Source: Syntrophales bacterium | Lineage (GTDB): Bacteria; Desulfobacterota; Syntrophia; Syntrophales; UBA2210 | Assembly: GCA_963662405.2 (NCBI GenBank) | Contig: CAXXKT010000001.1 | Coordinates: 1,728,001-1,792,000, forward strand | Direction of reading: 5' to 3' | DNA: 64,000 nt | Part shown: piece by piece, positions 63,685 to 64,000 of the stretch | Position numbering within the stretch: position 1 is the stretch's first letter | Layout: every line of letters starts with the position of its first letter | The notes under the pieces: model-generated | What the model was told of the DNA's origin: nothing | What the model saw: only the letters and a program-made list of their open reading frames with translations | Databases searched by the model: none | Translations under genes and position numbers: made by a program

Positions 63685-64000
63685 GTGAAAAAGATACCCT
63701 TCGTCTTTGCCGCATTCCTGATGTTCCTATGGATCGTCCCGTCGGTCGGCGCGGACGGCCTGTCGATCTGCTCAGGCACGGTATTTTCGCTCGGCTCTTC
63801 CACATTCAGCCTGAGCGGCGACTGGTGCAACGCCGGGATCTTTACGGCAGGCTCGGGGACGGTTGTCTTCAACGGAGCGAGCGGTAACCAGACCATCACC
63901 GATCCATCCGGTGAGACCTTCTATCATATGACGGTGAGCAAGACAGTCGGCGACGTCCTCCTGTATACGGATGTAACCGTCAACGGGACACTCACCGTTA
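63685..64000 (+). CDS. Secreted beta-rich protein, 5' part only (runs off the window)
   Basis: Manual translation from GTG: MKKIPFVFAAFLMFLWIVPSVGADGLSI...GDWCNAGIFTAGSGTVVFNG...VTVNGTLTV; GAGG RBS; open to window end. Confidence 0.8.
   Translation, partial: MKKIPFVFAAFLMFLWIVPSVGADGLSICSGTVFSLGSSTFSLSGDWCNAGIFTAGSGTVVFNGASGNQTITDPSGETFYHMTVSKTVGDVLLYTDVTVNGTLTV

Noticed and set aside
62423..63805. 460-aa minus-strand ORF and similar long antisense ORFs (4982-6127, 32116-33159, 47201-48256, 51004-52185, 59641-60627)
   Set aside because: They shadow well-supported genes on the other strand, lack motifs, and are expected in GC-rich coding DNA.

Overview
Chromosomal window from an anaerobic Desulfobacterota/Syntrophales-like bacterium (lineage inferred from gene content and the pilin sequence). 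1-30 kb is mostly housekeeping: gloB-like hydrolase, rdgC-like gene, LysM protein, aspS, hisS, comEC divergent from pilS-pilR-(sigma54 promoter)-pilA, a four-gene 2-oxoacid:ferredoxin oxidoreductase operon, acyl-CoA enzymes, a Ski2/HelY-like helicase, tRNA-Lys(UUU), peptide permeases and tatD. 30-52 kb is an accessory catabolic region: a Liv-type ABC importer, a paired family III CoA-transferase (one subunit lacks the catalytic Asp), three tandem substrate-binding paralogues (the third a pseudogene), an Fe-S flavoprotein remnant, a Nudix hydrolase, an amidase with four frameshifts and a hydrolase/SDR/acyl-CoA ligase/MFS/racemase-like cluster. 52-64 kb is the most unusual part: two phage tail-collar genes plus a GNAT gene sit divergent from a 2515-aa secreted modular protein (two Gly-rich modules, eight ~124-aa repeats, IPTL-CTERM-like anchor), a signal-peptide fibre protein with an S74-type chaperone whose catalytic Ser appears replaced by Cys, and a further secreted protein cut by the window edge. 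No other phage genes are present, so this may be a surface-appendage system built from domesticated phage-tail parts. The pilin meets the empirical aromatic-residue criteria for conductive pili. All family calls come from motif recognition by eye; no searches were run.
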